From: Pseudobdellovibrionaceae bacterium
GTDB taxonomy: Bacteria > Bdellovibrionota > Bdellovibrionia > Bdellovibrionales > Bdellovibrionaceae
Direction: 5' to 3'
Length of the DNA stretch: 15,928 bases
Assembly (NCBI GenBank): GCA_039810425.1
Contig: JBDHWW010000062.1
Span: forward strand, 1 to 15,928
A model generated the notes under the pieces. It made no database searches, was not told the origin of the DNA, and worked only from the letters and a program-made list of their open reading frames with translations. The translations under genes and the position numbers were made by a program. Shown one piece after another: positions 8,422-15,778 of the stretch (position 1 is its first letter; each line of letters starts with the position of its first letter).

Positions 8422-8932
8422 TGCCGCTCTCTGCAAGATCTTTCCACTCTTGCAAAGTCTTAACGTAGATCATTTTATTTTTGAGATTATCCCGGGCGAA
8501 AATTCGTAAAAGCTCGGGGCGCATCTTCGTGTGCATTTGCCACAGTGTTTTATAAAGCTTCACGGTGTGCTCGCGAGTGAGTTCGTTACAACCCTCGGGC
8601 AATTCTTCGCGACGCCTCCAAAGATTCTTGATTTGTCTTTTTGTGCACCACCAGTAGTGGCGCCAAATCGGAAAATCAATAAACACCACATAGTCGGAAG
8701 CCTGGAATCTTTTTTCAATGAGATCCAGAGGCCCATAGCCGTCAATCAGCCAGTGCTCCTGACTTGTAACGCTGGCAAGAGCTGCGCGAGTCTCAGGCAT
8801 CGGACGGATTTTCATTCCCGGGAGAAACTGAAGAGTATCCACGTGGATCACGGGAACACCGTGCACACGACTGAGATGTCGGCTGAGCTCCGTCTTTCCT
8901 CCAGCAATGTTCCCGACCACGGCAATCTTCAT
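8405..8932 (-). CDS. FlaR / DNA topology modulation protein-like P-loop kinase
   Basis: KIAVVGNIAGGKT Walker A variant, IHVDTLQFLPG, WLIDGY and REELPEGCNE motifs. Start is uncertain (8932, 8941 or 8965). Overlaps the ilvE 3' end convergently by 17 nt. Confidence 0.85.
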   Translation of the reverse strand: MKIAVVGNIAGGKTELSRHLSRVHGVPVIHVDTLQFLPGMKIRPMPETRAALASVTSQEHWLIDGYGPLDLIEKRFQASDYVVFIDFPIWRHYWWCTKRQIKNLWRRREELPEGCNELTREHTVKLYKTLWQMHTKMRPELLRIFARDNLKNKMIYVKTLQEWKDLAESGITPAG

Positions 8933-8980
8933 AAGATTCATCTTTCCAAGTTCTTGTGCAGCCATTATCCTGCAAATCAG

Positions 8981-9541
8981 ATGATGAAACTACTTAAAAG
9001 TACATCCTATCAAACGATGCCATGGAAAAATGGCTTGGGCTCAACCGCTCAAATCGCCATTTATCCTGCGGACACTGATTTTTCAACGGGAAATTACCTC
9101 TGGCGCGTAAGTTCCGCCACCGTTCGTTCCGACAGTCCTTTTTCACAATTTCCAGGATACGATCGCTGGCTTATAATATTGAGCGGTGAAGGACTGCTCA
9201 TCAATGGCTTCCCGCTTTTGCCCTTAAGCCCATTTCACTTTTCTGGCGATGAGTTCATTCATTCCGAGCTGATCGACGGTGCGGTCACGGATCTCGGCAT
9301 TATTTATCGCCGCGACAAAGTTCAAGCCAGTATGATGCTCAACGACCTGAAGACCGCACAGACTTTAGCGCTCACCAAGGGCAGTCACTTTTTGTTCTGT
9401 GTGCAAGGTGCTTTTACAGCCGGGAACCTCGTCGTTTCTGAAGGCGACACACTACAGGCCGATGGACCAATGACGCTGGAGTTAAAAGTTTTGAAAGACA
9501 CCCCTACGAAGTATCTTCATCTGAAACTCAGTGAGTTTTAA
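8981..9541 (+). CDS. HutD/Ves family cupin protein
   Basis: MPWKNGLGST, WRVSSATV and FSQFPGYDR signatures. Start placed at ATG 8981 (or 8984), not the track start at 8531. Confidence 0.9.
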   Translation: MMKLLKSTSYQTMPWKNGLGSTAQIAIYPADTDFSTGNYLWRVSSATVRSDSPFSQFPGYDRWLIILSGEGLLINGFPLLPLSPFHFSGDEFIHSELIDGAVTDLGIIYRRDKVQASMMLNDLKTAQTLALTKGSHFLFCVQGAFTAGNLVVSEGDTLQADGPMTLELKVLKDTPTKYLHLKLSEF

Positions 9542-9614
9542 ATCCAAAGACTCGGCTAAAGATCTGTTGAAAGTTTTCACAGGACCAACGTCGATTCAGG
9601 CCATAAAGATTCTG

Positions 9615-9642
9615 TTAAGTACCGGTAAACACGGGCCGATAA
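9615..9642 (+). promoter_or_regulatory. Sigma28 (FliA)-type promoter
   Basis: TAAG (9616-9619), then 15 nt, then GCCGATAA (9635-9642). Perfect -10 consensus with canonical spacing; 7 nt separate it from ATG 9650. Confidence 0.65.
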
Positions 9643-9649
9643 GTGGCTC

Positions 9650-10459
9650 ATGGTATCTCTCTGGATTGTCATCGGACTCATACTGGCGACCGTCAGTGTT
9701 TCTACACTTGGCGCGGGCTTCTCCGTGGTGGGACTTGCCGCTCTATTTTCAGGAGCGGCTGTTGCCGTTATGGCGATGGCGGGATCTCTCGAACTTGCAA
9801 AATTTGTCTTGGCGGCCTACCTGCACCAACGTTGGCAACAGCTCTACGCCATTTACAAATACTATCTCGTTGCCGCGATCGTCATTTTAAGCTGCATCAC
9901 GAGCTTGGGTATCTTCGGTTTCTTGTCGGACGCGTACCAGAGTGCAACGGCCGCCCTGGCGACCGAGGCCGTGAAACAAGACTCTTTGAAGAAACAGCAA
10001 AATAGTGCGCGTGCTGAAATTGATCGCTTGAATAAATCGATTGAAGAAATTCCTGCAACACGTATCACAAAGCGCATCGAGGCCCGCAAACAAGTCGAAC
10101 CTGAGATCGCCCGCATGATCAAGCAAATTGAAACGCTTGAATTGCAAGTAACGGATTCAAACTTACATGTCCTGGAGCTTCAGAAAAAAGTCGGACCGCT
10201 CGTTTATATTTCAAAAGCTTTCAATATCGACATCGATACCGTAGTGAAATACTTAATCCTTCTTTTGGTAATGGTGTTTGACCCGCTCGCAATCTGCCTG
10301 GTGATTGCGACAAGCGGCGCGCTTGAGACCCGCCGCCAATCCAAAGGGCCTGCAGCCGCTTCCGGCCCTGCCCCGGACCTCGCAAACCACCCGCACGGTG
10401 GTACGGATGAGGTTCTGCAAATGCGCTTTGTGGATGATAATAGCGATTCCGCGGGGTAA
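9650..10459 (+). CDS. Conserved membrane protein with central coiled coil (DUF4407-like)
   Basis: About three N-terminal hydrophobic segments, a heptad-rich middle, and a C-terminal TM segment (KYLILLLVMVFDPLAICLVIA). Family assignment is from recalled motifs only. Confidence 0.8.
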   Translation: MVSLWIVIGLILATVSVSTLGAGFSVVGLAALFSGAAVAVMAMAGSLELAKFVLAAYLHQRWQQLYAIYKYYLVAAIVILSCITSLGIFGFLSDAYQSATAALATEAVKQDSLKKQQNSARAEIDRLNKSIEEIPATRITKRIEARKQVEPEIARMIKQIETLELQVTDSNLHVLELQKKVGPLVYISKAFNIDIDTVVKYLILLLVMVFDPLAICLVIATSGALETRRQSKGPAAASGPAPDLANHPHGGTDEVLQMRFVDDNSDSAG

Positions 10460-10462
10460 GCG

Positions 10463-11206
10463 ATGTTTTTGGTCAAAGTCCTCGAGAAAAAAAGCGTTAT
10501 CCGGACATTCGGGCTCGCTCTTGTCTTAGCACCTATCGTGAATACTCTTGTGAAAATGGCGATGTTGGCCGACGTCCCCAATCGCTGGTCGTTCGCGATG
10601 TTCTGGCGAATTATCGTCGTGGGCTCGGTTCCGAATCAAATTCTGTACGTCGCAACGATCATCATTGGAATTCTTATGTTACGCGGAACCGCAACGGTGT
10701 GGAAATACGCGCTCATGCTTCTTGGTGGTTACGTTCTGCTGCAGCTCTCGGATTTTAAGCATGTGAAATCGAGTGCTGTGACGTGGATGTTCTTTATCAC
10801 GAATATTTTGACTTTTATATTTGTCGCCGACCAATTGGTTTGGAAAGTAAAAGCTCCCCTCCCAAAAAAGAAGCCAAATCCGAAAAAGAACCTCTCGGCT
10901 CCGAAGCCGGCTTATCGTGTGATTCCAAAAGTTCGCAAGAAGATTCTTTTTCAATTTGCGGGCGGTGGCCCTTGGGGGCAACTCATGGGAATTTCAAGTC
11001 AGGGCATTCACGTGCGTGGCCTAACAGAGCCGCCCTCTGACATTGCCACTCGCGAGATCGAAATTTCACTCAATAACGGACTGACCTTACGCACACGTCT
11101 TGCACGCCGCAAAGAACATGATTACTATTTCGACTATACAAGTTTGTCGTCGGAAGGAATCCAGTCTCTGAATAAATGGCTTCAATCGCTTTCTGACGTC
11201 GCTTAG
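10463..11206 (+). CDS. Membrane protein (about 4 TM) with C-terminal degenerate PilZ-like domain
   Basis: Hydrophobic N-terminal half, K/P-rich linker, then a beta-rich domain with GISSQG at the PilZ [DN]xSxxG position and a terminal helix IQSLNKWL. Starts 3 nt after the upstream stop. Confidence 0.7.
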   Translation: MFLVKVLEKKSVIRTFGLALVLAPIVNTLVKMAMLADVPNRWSFAMFWRIIVVGSVPNQILYVATIIIGILMLRGTATVWKYALMLLGGYVLLQLSDFKHVKSSAVTWMFFITNILTFIFVADQLVWKVKAPLPKKKPNPKKNLSAPKPAYRVIPKVRKKILFQFAGGGPWGQLMGISSQGIHVRGLTEPPSDIATREIEISLNNGLTLRTRLARRKEHDYYFDYTSLSSEGIQSLNKWLQSLSDVA

Positions 11207-11220
11207 AAAGTGATCTCATC

Positions 11221-11865
11221 ATGGGTAAAGGAAGACTTGAAGCGTTTAGCGACGGCGTGATCGCCATCATCATCACGATCATGGTTTTGGAACTGAAAAT
11301 CCCCCATGGCCACGATCTCGAGGCCATTAAGCCGCTCCTGCCGGTTTTCTGCAGCTATGTTTTAAGTTTCATTTATGTTGGCATCTATTGGAACAATCAC
11401 CACCACATGTTGCATGTTATCCAGAAGGTCAACGGCAAGACCCTATGGGCGAATTTACTTTTGCTCTTCTGGTTATCACTGATTCCGGCAACAACCGCCT
11501 GGATGGGTGAAAACCCAACAGAGCCATGGCCCCTGGCGTTGTACGGTTTTGTTTTGATGTGTGCGGGTATTGCCTACTTTATTCTGGCAAAAACCCTGAT
11601 TCATCTTCACGGTAAAGAATCCACTCTTGCGAAAGCCTTGGGCGCGGACTTCAAAGGAAAGATTTCCGTTGTTATTTACGCACTCGCGATTGCTAGCGCC
11701 TTCTGGCACGTCGGCATTTCATATGCTTGCTACATCGGTGTGGCCATCCTGTGGCTCGTACCCGATACGCGCATTGAAAAACAAAAGGACAAGGACTCGC
11801 GCGAAATCCCGCGCCCAAAGCAAAGCCACGCACGCAAAAATCATATCAACACCAATGCTACCTAA
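11221..11865 (+). CDS. TMEM175 family potassium channel (DUF1211)
   Basis: RLEAFSDGVIAIIITIMVLE and SYVLSFIYVGIYWNNHHH signatures; about 6 TM segments. Confidence 0.95.
   Translation: MGKGRLEAFSDGVIAIIITIMVLELKIPHGHDLEAIKPLLPVFCSYVLSFIYVGIYWNNHHHMLHVIQKVNGKTLWANLLLLFWLSLIPATTAWMGENPTEPWPLALYGFVLMCAGIAYFILAKTLIHLHGKESTLAKALGADFKGKISVVIYALAIASAFWHVGISYACYIGVAILWLVPDTRIEKQKDKDSREIPRPKQSHARKNHINTNAT
11776..11820 (+). repeat. Dispersed repeat copy 1, within the TMEM175 3' end
   Basis: GAAAAACAAAAGGACAAGGACTCGCGCGAAATCCCGCGCCCAAAG aligns without gaps to 15884-15928 at 38/45 identity by hand count. Confidence 0.75.
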
Positions 11866-12206
11866 GGTGCAAAGACCTCATCCGGAAGCTCGCGGTCGCG
11901 CGATATGCCTGGAAGCTTTTCCGCCAAGACATCAATCTTGATGATCTCAGGCTCCTTCGCCAGCAAATCTAGATCTTTTGCAAACAAAGCTTCCGCGACT
12001 TTGCCGGTCAGATGAGCGTTTCTGCCGGAGTCATCTGGGAAGGCATCGAAGATACCGAACTCATGCGGTCCGATCTTCAGCGCGAACCAAGCCGTCGTCT
12101 CGTGCTCTTCTTCGACCATCTTCAAAGCACTTTGCAAAAACTCTTCCACTTCTTTTTCTTTTCCTGGCTTGGCTTCGAGCCGCACCATCAATGCACAACG
12201 AACCAT
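11862..12206 (-). CDS. Antibiotic biosynthesis monooxygenase (ABM) family / putative quinol monooxygenase
   Basis: VRLEAKPGKEKEVEEFL, TTAWFA and FGIFDAFPDDSGRNAHL motifs; SD TAAGGAG. Confidence 0.9.
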   Translation of the reverse strand: MVRCALMVRLEAKPGKEKEVEEFLQSALKMVEEEHETTAWFALKIGPHEFGIFDAFPDDSGRNAHLTGKVAEALFAKDLDLLAKEPEIIKIDVLAEKLPGISRDRELPDEVFAP

Positions 12207-12382
12207 AAATATCTCCTTATGCCGTCCATTTTAAGTATAAGTACAAGCAAAGTGGAACCTCTGATCCACGACATTGTTAGGAATCAATCACGAAATACAC
12301 TTCGTCATTTCCCGATTTTTTCTTCTTCAAAGCTCGATAGCAGACCTCTTGCGGATCCCCCATACTGGCGAAGGAGGTTTTT

Positions 12383-13009
12383 ATGAATGCAATATTTTAT
12401 TCCGACAGTCCTGGACGCGGGTCTTCGCGAATTATTTTTTTAGGAAGCGTGTATGTCCTATTGGGTATTCTAGCCCTTGCGTTTGCGTCGGCAACAACCC
12501 TTGCCGCGATCATTACATTAGGCGTGGTGCTTCTCTTCGCCGGTGTCGCAGAAATCATCTATGGCATTCAAGGGAGAAAACGAGGGCAGCTTTGGCCTCA
12601 CTTGGCGTTTGGGTGCTTGGCTTTGATTTGCGGCGGGCTGGTTCTTGCGAATCCGATTGAAAACACTTTAGGCTTCACGCTCATTGCCGGCTTTTTGCTG
12701 ATCGCAAGTGGACTTGCCAAAACGATTGGCGCCCTTGTTGAACGCTCTGCTGGCTGGGGCTGGTTCTGCACCAACGGAATCATTTCCATCATTTTGGGCG
12801 CTATGATTCTGAGATCCTTCCCGGTCTCTGCATTTTGGACGATCGGCGTTTTCGTCGGCGTGGATTTAATGGTGGCGGGAGCAACTCTGATCGGCCTTGG
12901 CGTATCCGCAAAACGCACAAAACGCGAACTCGTCGGTCAAATGTATTCCACTTTGAATCCCGAACCCGAAAATCGTGAAATTCACCGCGAGGACCCGCCG
13001 CTTCACTAA
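12383..13009 (+). CDS. HdeD family (DUF308) membrane protein
   Basis: About six Gly-rich TM segments in two repeats, including GWGWFCTNGIISIILG and WTIGVFVGVDLMVAG; SD AGGAGG. Confidence 0.9.
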   Translation: MNAIFYSDSPGRGSSRIIFLGSVYVLLGILALAFASATTLAAIITLGVVLLFAGVAEIIYGIQGRKRGQLWPHLAFGCLALICGGLVLANPIENTLGFTLIAGFLLIASGLAKTIGALVERSAGWGWFCTNGIISIILGAMILRSFPVSAFWTIGVFVGVDLMVAGATLIGLGVSAKRTKRELVGQMYSTLNPEPENREIHREDPPLH

Positions 13010-13153
13010 AGCGGGCCTCATTTGGAGGGTTCCGTTGTGATGCAAAGGCCGAGACGCGGCGGTTGTGTTGACGGCTGGGAGAAGCATCTTGAAGACGCCC
13101 AGTTTATTTTTGGCACTTGTAAGGACTAAGATCTAGAAAGTAACGACTTAGGT

Positions 13154-13174
13154 CCGAGGCTTGCCTTGGTTTTT
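13154..13174 (+). terminator. Possible intrinsic terminator downstream of the HdeD gene
   Basis: CCGAGG-CTTG-CCTTGG stem-loop (one G-U pair) followed by T5. Confidence 0.4.
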
Positions 13175-13194
13175 GCACCGATTCTTTCTACAAT
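13166..13194 (+). promoter_or_regulatory. Sigma70-type promoter predicting a leaderless transcript
   Basis: TTGGTT (13166-13171), 17 nt, TACAAT (13189-13194). The expected start site falls at about the A of ATG 13201, and no convincing SD is present. Confidence 0.5.
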
Positions 13195-13200
13195 GGACGC

Positions 13201-13803
13201 ATGAGAAACATAGCAAGCCTTTTTATTACAATCGCAGCGGTTCTTTCTTTTAACTCGGCCCAGGGATTCGTCTCTCCAGTTTCAGTTTCTGTGGTCCCGC
13301 CTGTCCAGTTCCCGCCAAACGACTTCGCCGTCGCAGGGGTTCGCGCCAGCATTGGCTGGGGCCAACACCGCAACATGTACGGAATCGACGTCGGCCTTTT
13401 GGGAAATATCACCGAGCAGGACTTTACCGGCCTTGCGGTCTCAGGGATTTTCAATAACACCCGGGGCACAACCAACATCATCGGTCTTCAATTCGCGGGT
13501 ATTACAAACATCAACACCAATAAAACAAGAGTCATCGGTTTGCAGGCAGCGCTCGGCGCGAACTACCAGGGTGCCGCCAGCACTATTGCCGGTATTCAAC
13601 TCGCGCTTTTAGCAAACGTTGCCCCATTTACGGATATCTACGGTTTCCAAATCGGTCTTTATAACCGTGCGAAAGAAGTTTACGGTTTCCAAATCGGTCT
13701 TGTGAACATCGCCGACAATCTTCATGGTGTGCAGATCGGCCTTGCCAACTTTAACCACAAAGGTCCTTTCGCAATTTCTCCGATCATTAATGTCGGCTTC
13801 TGA
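13201..13803 (+). CDS. LA_2272-family surface repeat-containing exported protein
   Basis: Signal peptide ending SAQG, tandem GxQxGxxN repeats (GFQIGLYN, GFQIGLVN, GVQIGLAN), C-terminus INVGF. Confidence 0.85.
   Translation: MRNIASLFITIAAVLSFNSAQGFVSPVSVSVVPPVQFPPNDFAVAGVRASIGWGQHRNMYGIDVGLLGNITEQDFTGLAVSGIFNNTRGTTNIIGLQFAGITNINTNKTRVIGLQAALGANYQGAASTIAGIQLALLANVAPFTDIYGFQIGLYNRAKEVYGFQIGLVNIADNLHGVQIGLANFNHKGPFAISPIINVGF
13639..13701 (+). repeat. Exact 21-nt direct repeat with 42-nt period inside the repeat protein
   Basis: TACGGTTTCCAAATCGGTCTT at 13639-13659 and 13681-13701. Confidence 0.9.
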
Positions 13804-13820
13804 TTTTTAGAACGTGAAAT

Positions 13821-13856
13821 AAAAAAGCCCGAGGGAAGCCCCCCCCCAAGGGGCTC
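13821..13856 (-). terminator. Terminator-like GC hairpin with T-tract on the minus strand
   Basis: Minus strand reads GAGCCCCTTGGGGGGGGGCTTCCCTCGGGCTTTTTT. On the plus strand it forms a hairpin with no U-tract. Confidence 0.4.
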
Positions 13857-14087
13857 AAAGCTATTGGGTGGTCGGTTTAAACACTCTAAATTCCGTGATT
13901 TTTCCCTATTTTGTGCCCCTTTTGACGCCGGACACACAGAGTTATGCCCTCGAAAGAGGCGCTAATGCTTGCAACCGCAAATGAGTCGATTTGAAGCTTG
14001 AAAAGTTTACCCTTTTTGAGGAATGATGTCCCCGCAGCAGTCGGCCTGATTTATAGTGCCGGCACAGAATCACCTATGGGAAAAGCT

Positions 14088-15455
14088 ATGAAACACTTCG
14101 TCAAGTCTTTGAAAGTCGCCGTACTCAGTTTCGCACTCATCACTTCTCCAACATTCGCACAAGGTCCGACAAAACCTTTCGTTTTGAACCAAAGCACTTT
14201 GCAATCTCAGTTGTTGAGTGGAAACCTTGAGGTGCTTAAAGCTCTCTACGCGGTACACGATGCAAAAGACCAGGTGAACATTGCCCGCGCGAATCTCCTT
14301 CCGTCCCTGAACTTGGGCGCGATGCTCAGCTTCTCTGGCGGCGGCTTCATCCTTTCGTCCATCGACATCTTGATGCCGTTCTTGTTGCCGTCTAACTGGT
14401 ACAATTACTTCTCTGAGAAAAATCTCTTTGAAGCGGAAAAGATCTCTTACAACACGGTTCAGTTGAACCTTGTGGGCTCTGCGGTTTCTGTTTACTTCAC
14501 GATGGTCGCGGACCGTCAGATCTATGCGATCTTTCAGCAGCAATACCAAGATTTGCAGGACATCTATGAAATGCAAAAGAAACGTGCGGCCGTGGGCTTG
14601 ATCCCGGTTTCCGACGTGTTGCAAACTCAAGCGCAAGCACAAATGGCCGGCGTGAAAGCGTCTCAGCTCGCGGAATTGAGCAAGCAAGAGGTTGCGACAA
14701 TCCGTAAAGCCTTGAACCTGCCATTGGAAACTTTAATCCAGTTAGAGAACTCAACCATGGTGAATTCGCCATTCGAGTTCCAGCCAATGCAAACAACGAT
14801 TTCTAAAGCCAACACCGTGTCTTTGGAAAGGCAGCAGATCAAATACATGGTGAAAGCCGCGACAAATGTTAAGTGGGCGAAGGCCTTCGCGTTCATTAAC
14901 AGCGCTTCGGTTGGTAGCCGCGGCACAACGGGCAATGCCAGCTTCGACAACATGCAGGCCTCCGGCAGTATGAATTTAGGCTTTGCCCAAGTTCCAACTT
15001 ACGAGTTGAACGAACGCCGTATTAAGGAAATCCAGTTGCAAGATACTATGTTACAACAAGAAAATGTTCGCATCATTGAAGCGACGATCGGAAGCATTCA
15101 AGAAGCGAAAAGCCAGTTAGACTTGGCGACTCAAGCTGAAATCCAAATGGCTCAGGTTTACCAAATGCGTTTGCAAAATTACGAGCAAGGTGCAGCCACG
15201 TTGATTGAAGTTCTTCAATCACGCAGCCAAATGGCGGATGCTTCTGTCGCTAAAATCAAAGCTCAGTTGGACTTAAACCTTCAGCGCGTTGTTTTGCACC
15301 GCACATTGTTGTCAGCTCAGTTTGGCACAATCAAAGGTTGCAACCCTTCTCGTTTGCCACCTGAGGAAAAGAAAGTCGGCGTGATTGGCCGCCTCATCGG
15401 AAAAAAACCTGCTGAGAGTCATACCACTCTCGACCTTATCTGCCGCGGTCAGTAG
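14088..15455 (+). CDS. TolC family outer membrane efflux protein
   Basis: Signal peptide ending TFA; OEP motifs ARANLLPSLNLG, VGLIPVSDVLQTQAQ and YEQGAATLIEVLQS. Start is 14088 or 14076. Confidence 0.9.
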   Translation: MKHFVKSLKVAVLSFALITSPTFAQGPTKPFVLNQSTLQSQLLSGNLEVLKALYAVHDAKDQVNIARANLLPSLNLGAMLSFSGGGFILSSIDILMPFLLPSNWYNYFSEKNLFEAEKISYNTVQLNLVGSAVSVYFTMVADRQIYAIFQQQYQDLQDIYEMQKKRAAVGLIPVSDVLQTQAQAQMAGVKASQLAELSKQEVATIRKALNLPLETLIQLENSTMVNSPFEFQPMQTTISKANTVSLERQQIKYMVKAATNVKWAKAFAFINSASVGSRGTTGNASFDNMQASGSMNLGFAQVPTYELNERRIKEIQLQDTMLQQENVRIIEATIGSIQEAKSQLDLATQAEIQMAQVYQMRLQNYEQGAATLIEVLQSRSQMADASVAKIKAQLDLNLQRVVLHRTLLSAQFGTIKGCNPSRLPPEEKKVGVIGRLIGKKPAESHTTLDLICRGQ

Positions 15456-15491
15456 TTTTACTGTCGCCTCAGGCAACGACGAGGGCTTCTT

Positions 15492-15526
15492 AAAACCCAC
15501 ACTCTCCTATGAGGTGTGGGTTTTTT
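15492..15526 (+). terminator. Rho-independent terminator, probably bidirectional
   Basis: AAAACCCACAC-T-CTC-CTAT-GAG-GTGTGGGTTTTTT, 36 nt after the TolC stop. Confidence 0.85.
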
Positions 15527-15778
15527 ATTTTTGCAAATCTAACCACGGTTTTGGCGGGCCCGGCCCTAGAACCAAAAACTCTCCATTTTAAAAGGTGCCC
15601 GCACCGGGGAGGGCCTCGCAGCCACTATTATCCCGGGCGTTTCGTTTTCTTCTTTCTCACCAGAAGCCCATACCTCTTGGCATGGGACTTTATCAATAAG
15701 TCCATCTTACGATGGCCAGGAACAAAACAAGAATATTCCCAAACACTCAGCCAAAAAAACCGTTCCCCTCTACCGAGC

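Noticed and set aside
8531..8980. Apparent 150-aa N-terminal extension of HutD
   Set aside because: It is the antisense shadow of the FlaR-like gene; HutD similarity starts at 8981.
13007..13030. AAAGCGGGCCTCATTTGGAG, reminiscent of the end of Bdellovibrio intergenic palindromic repeats
   Set aside because: Based on memory only, short, and no partner arm or clear second copy in the window.
13940..13985. CCTC-GAAA-GAGG hairpin upstream of tolC as a possible cyclic dinucleotide riboswitch
   Set aside because: Flanking consensus nucleotides and the P3 tetraloop receptor are not convincingly present.
14070..14953. Antisense ORFs within tolC
   Set aside because: Shadow ORFs with no independent coding evidence.
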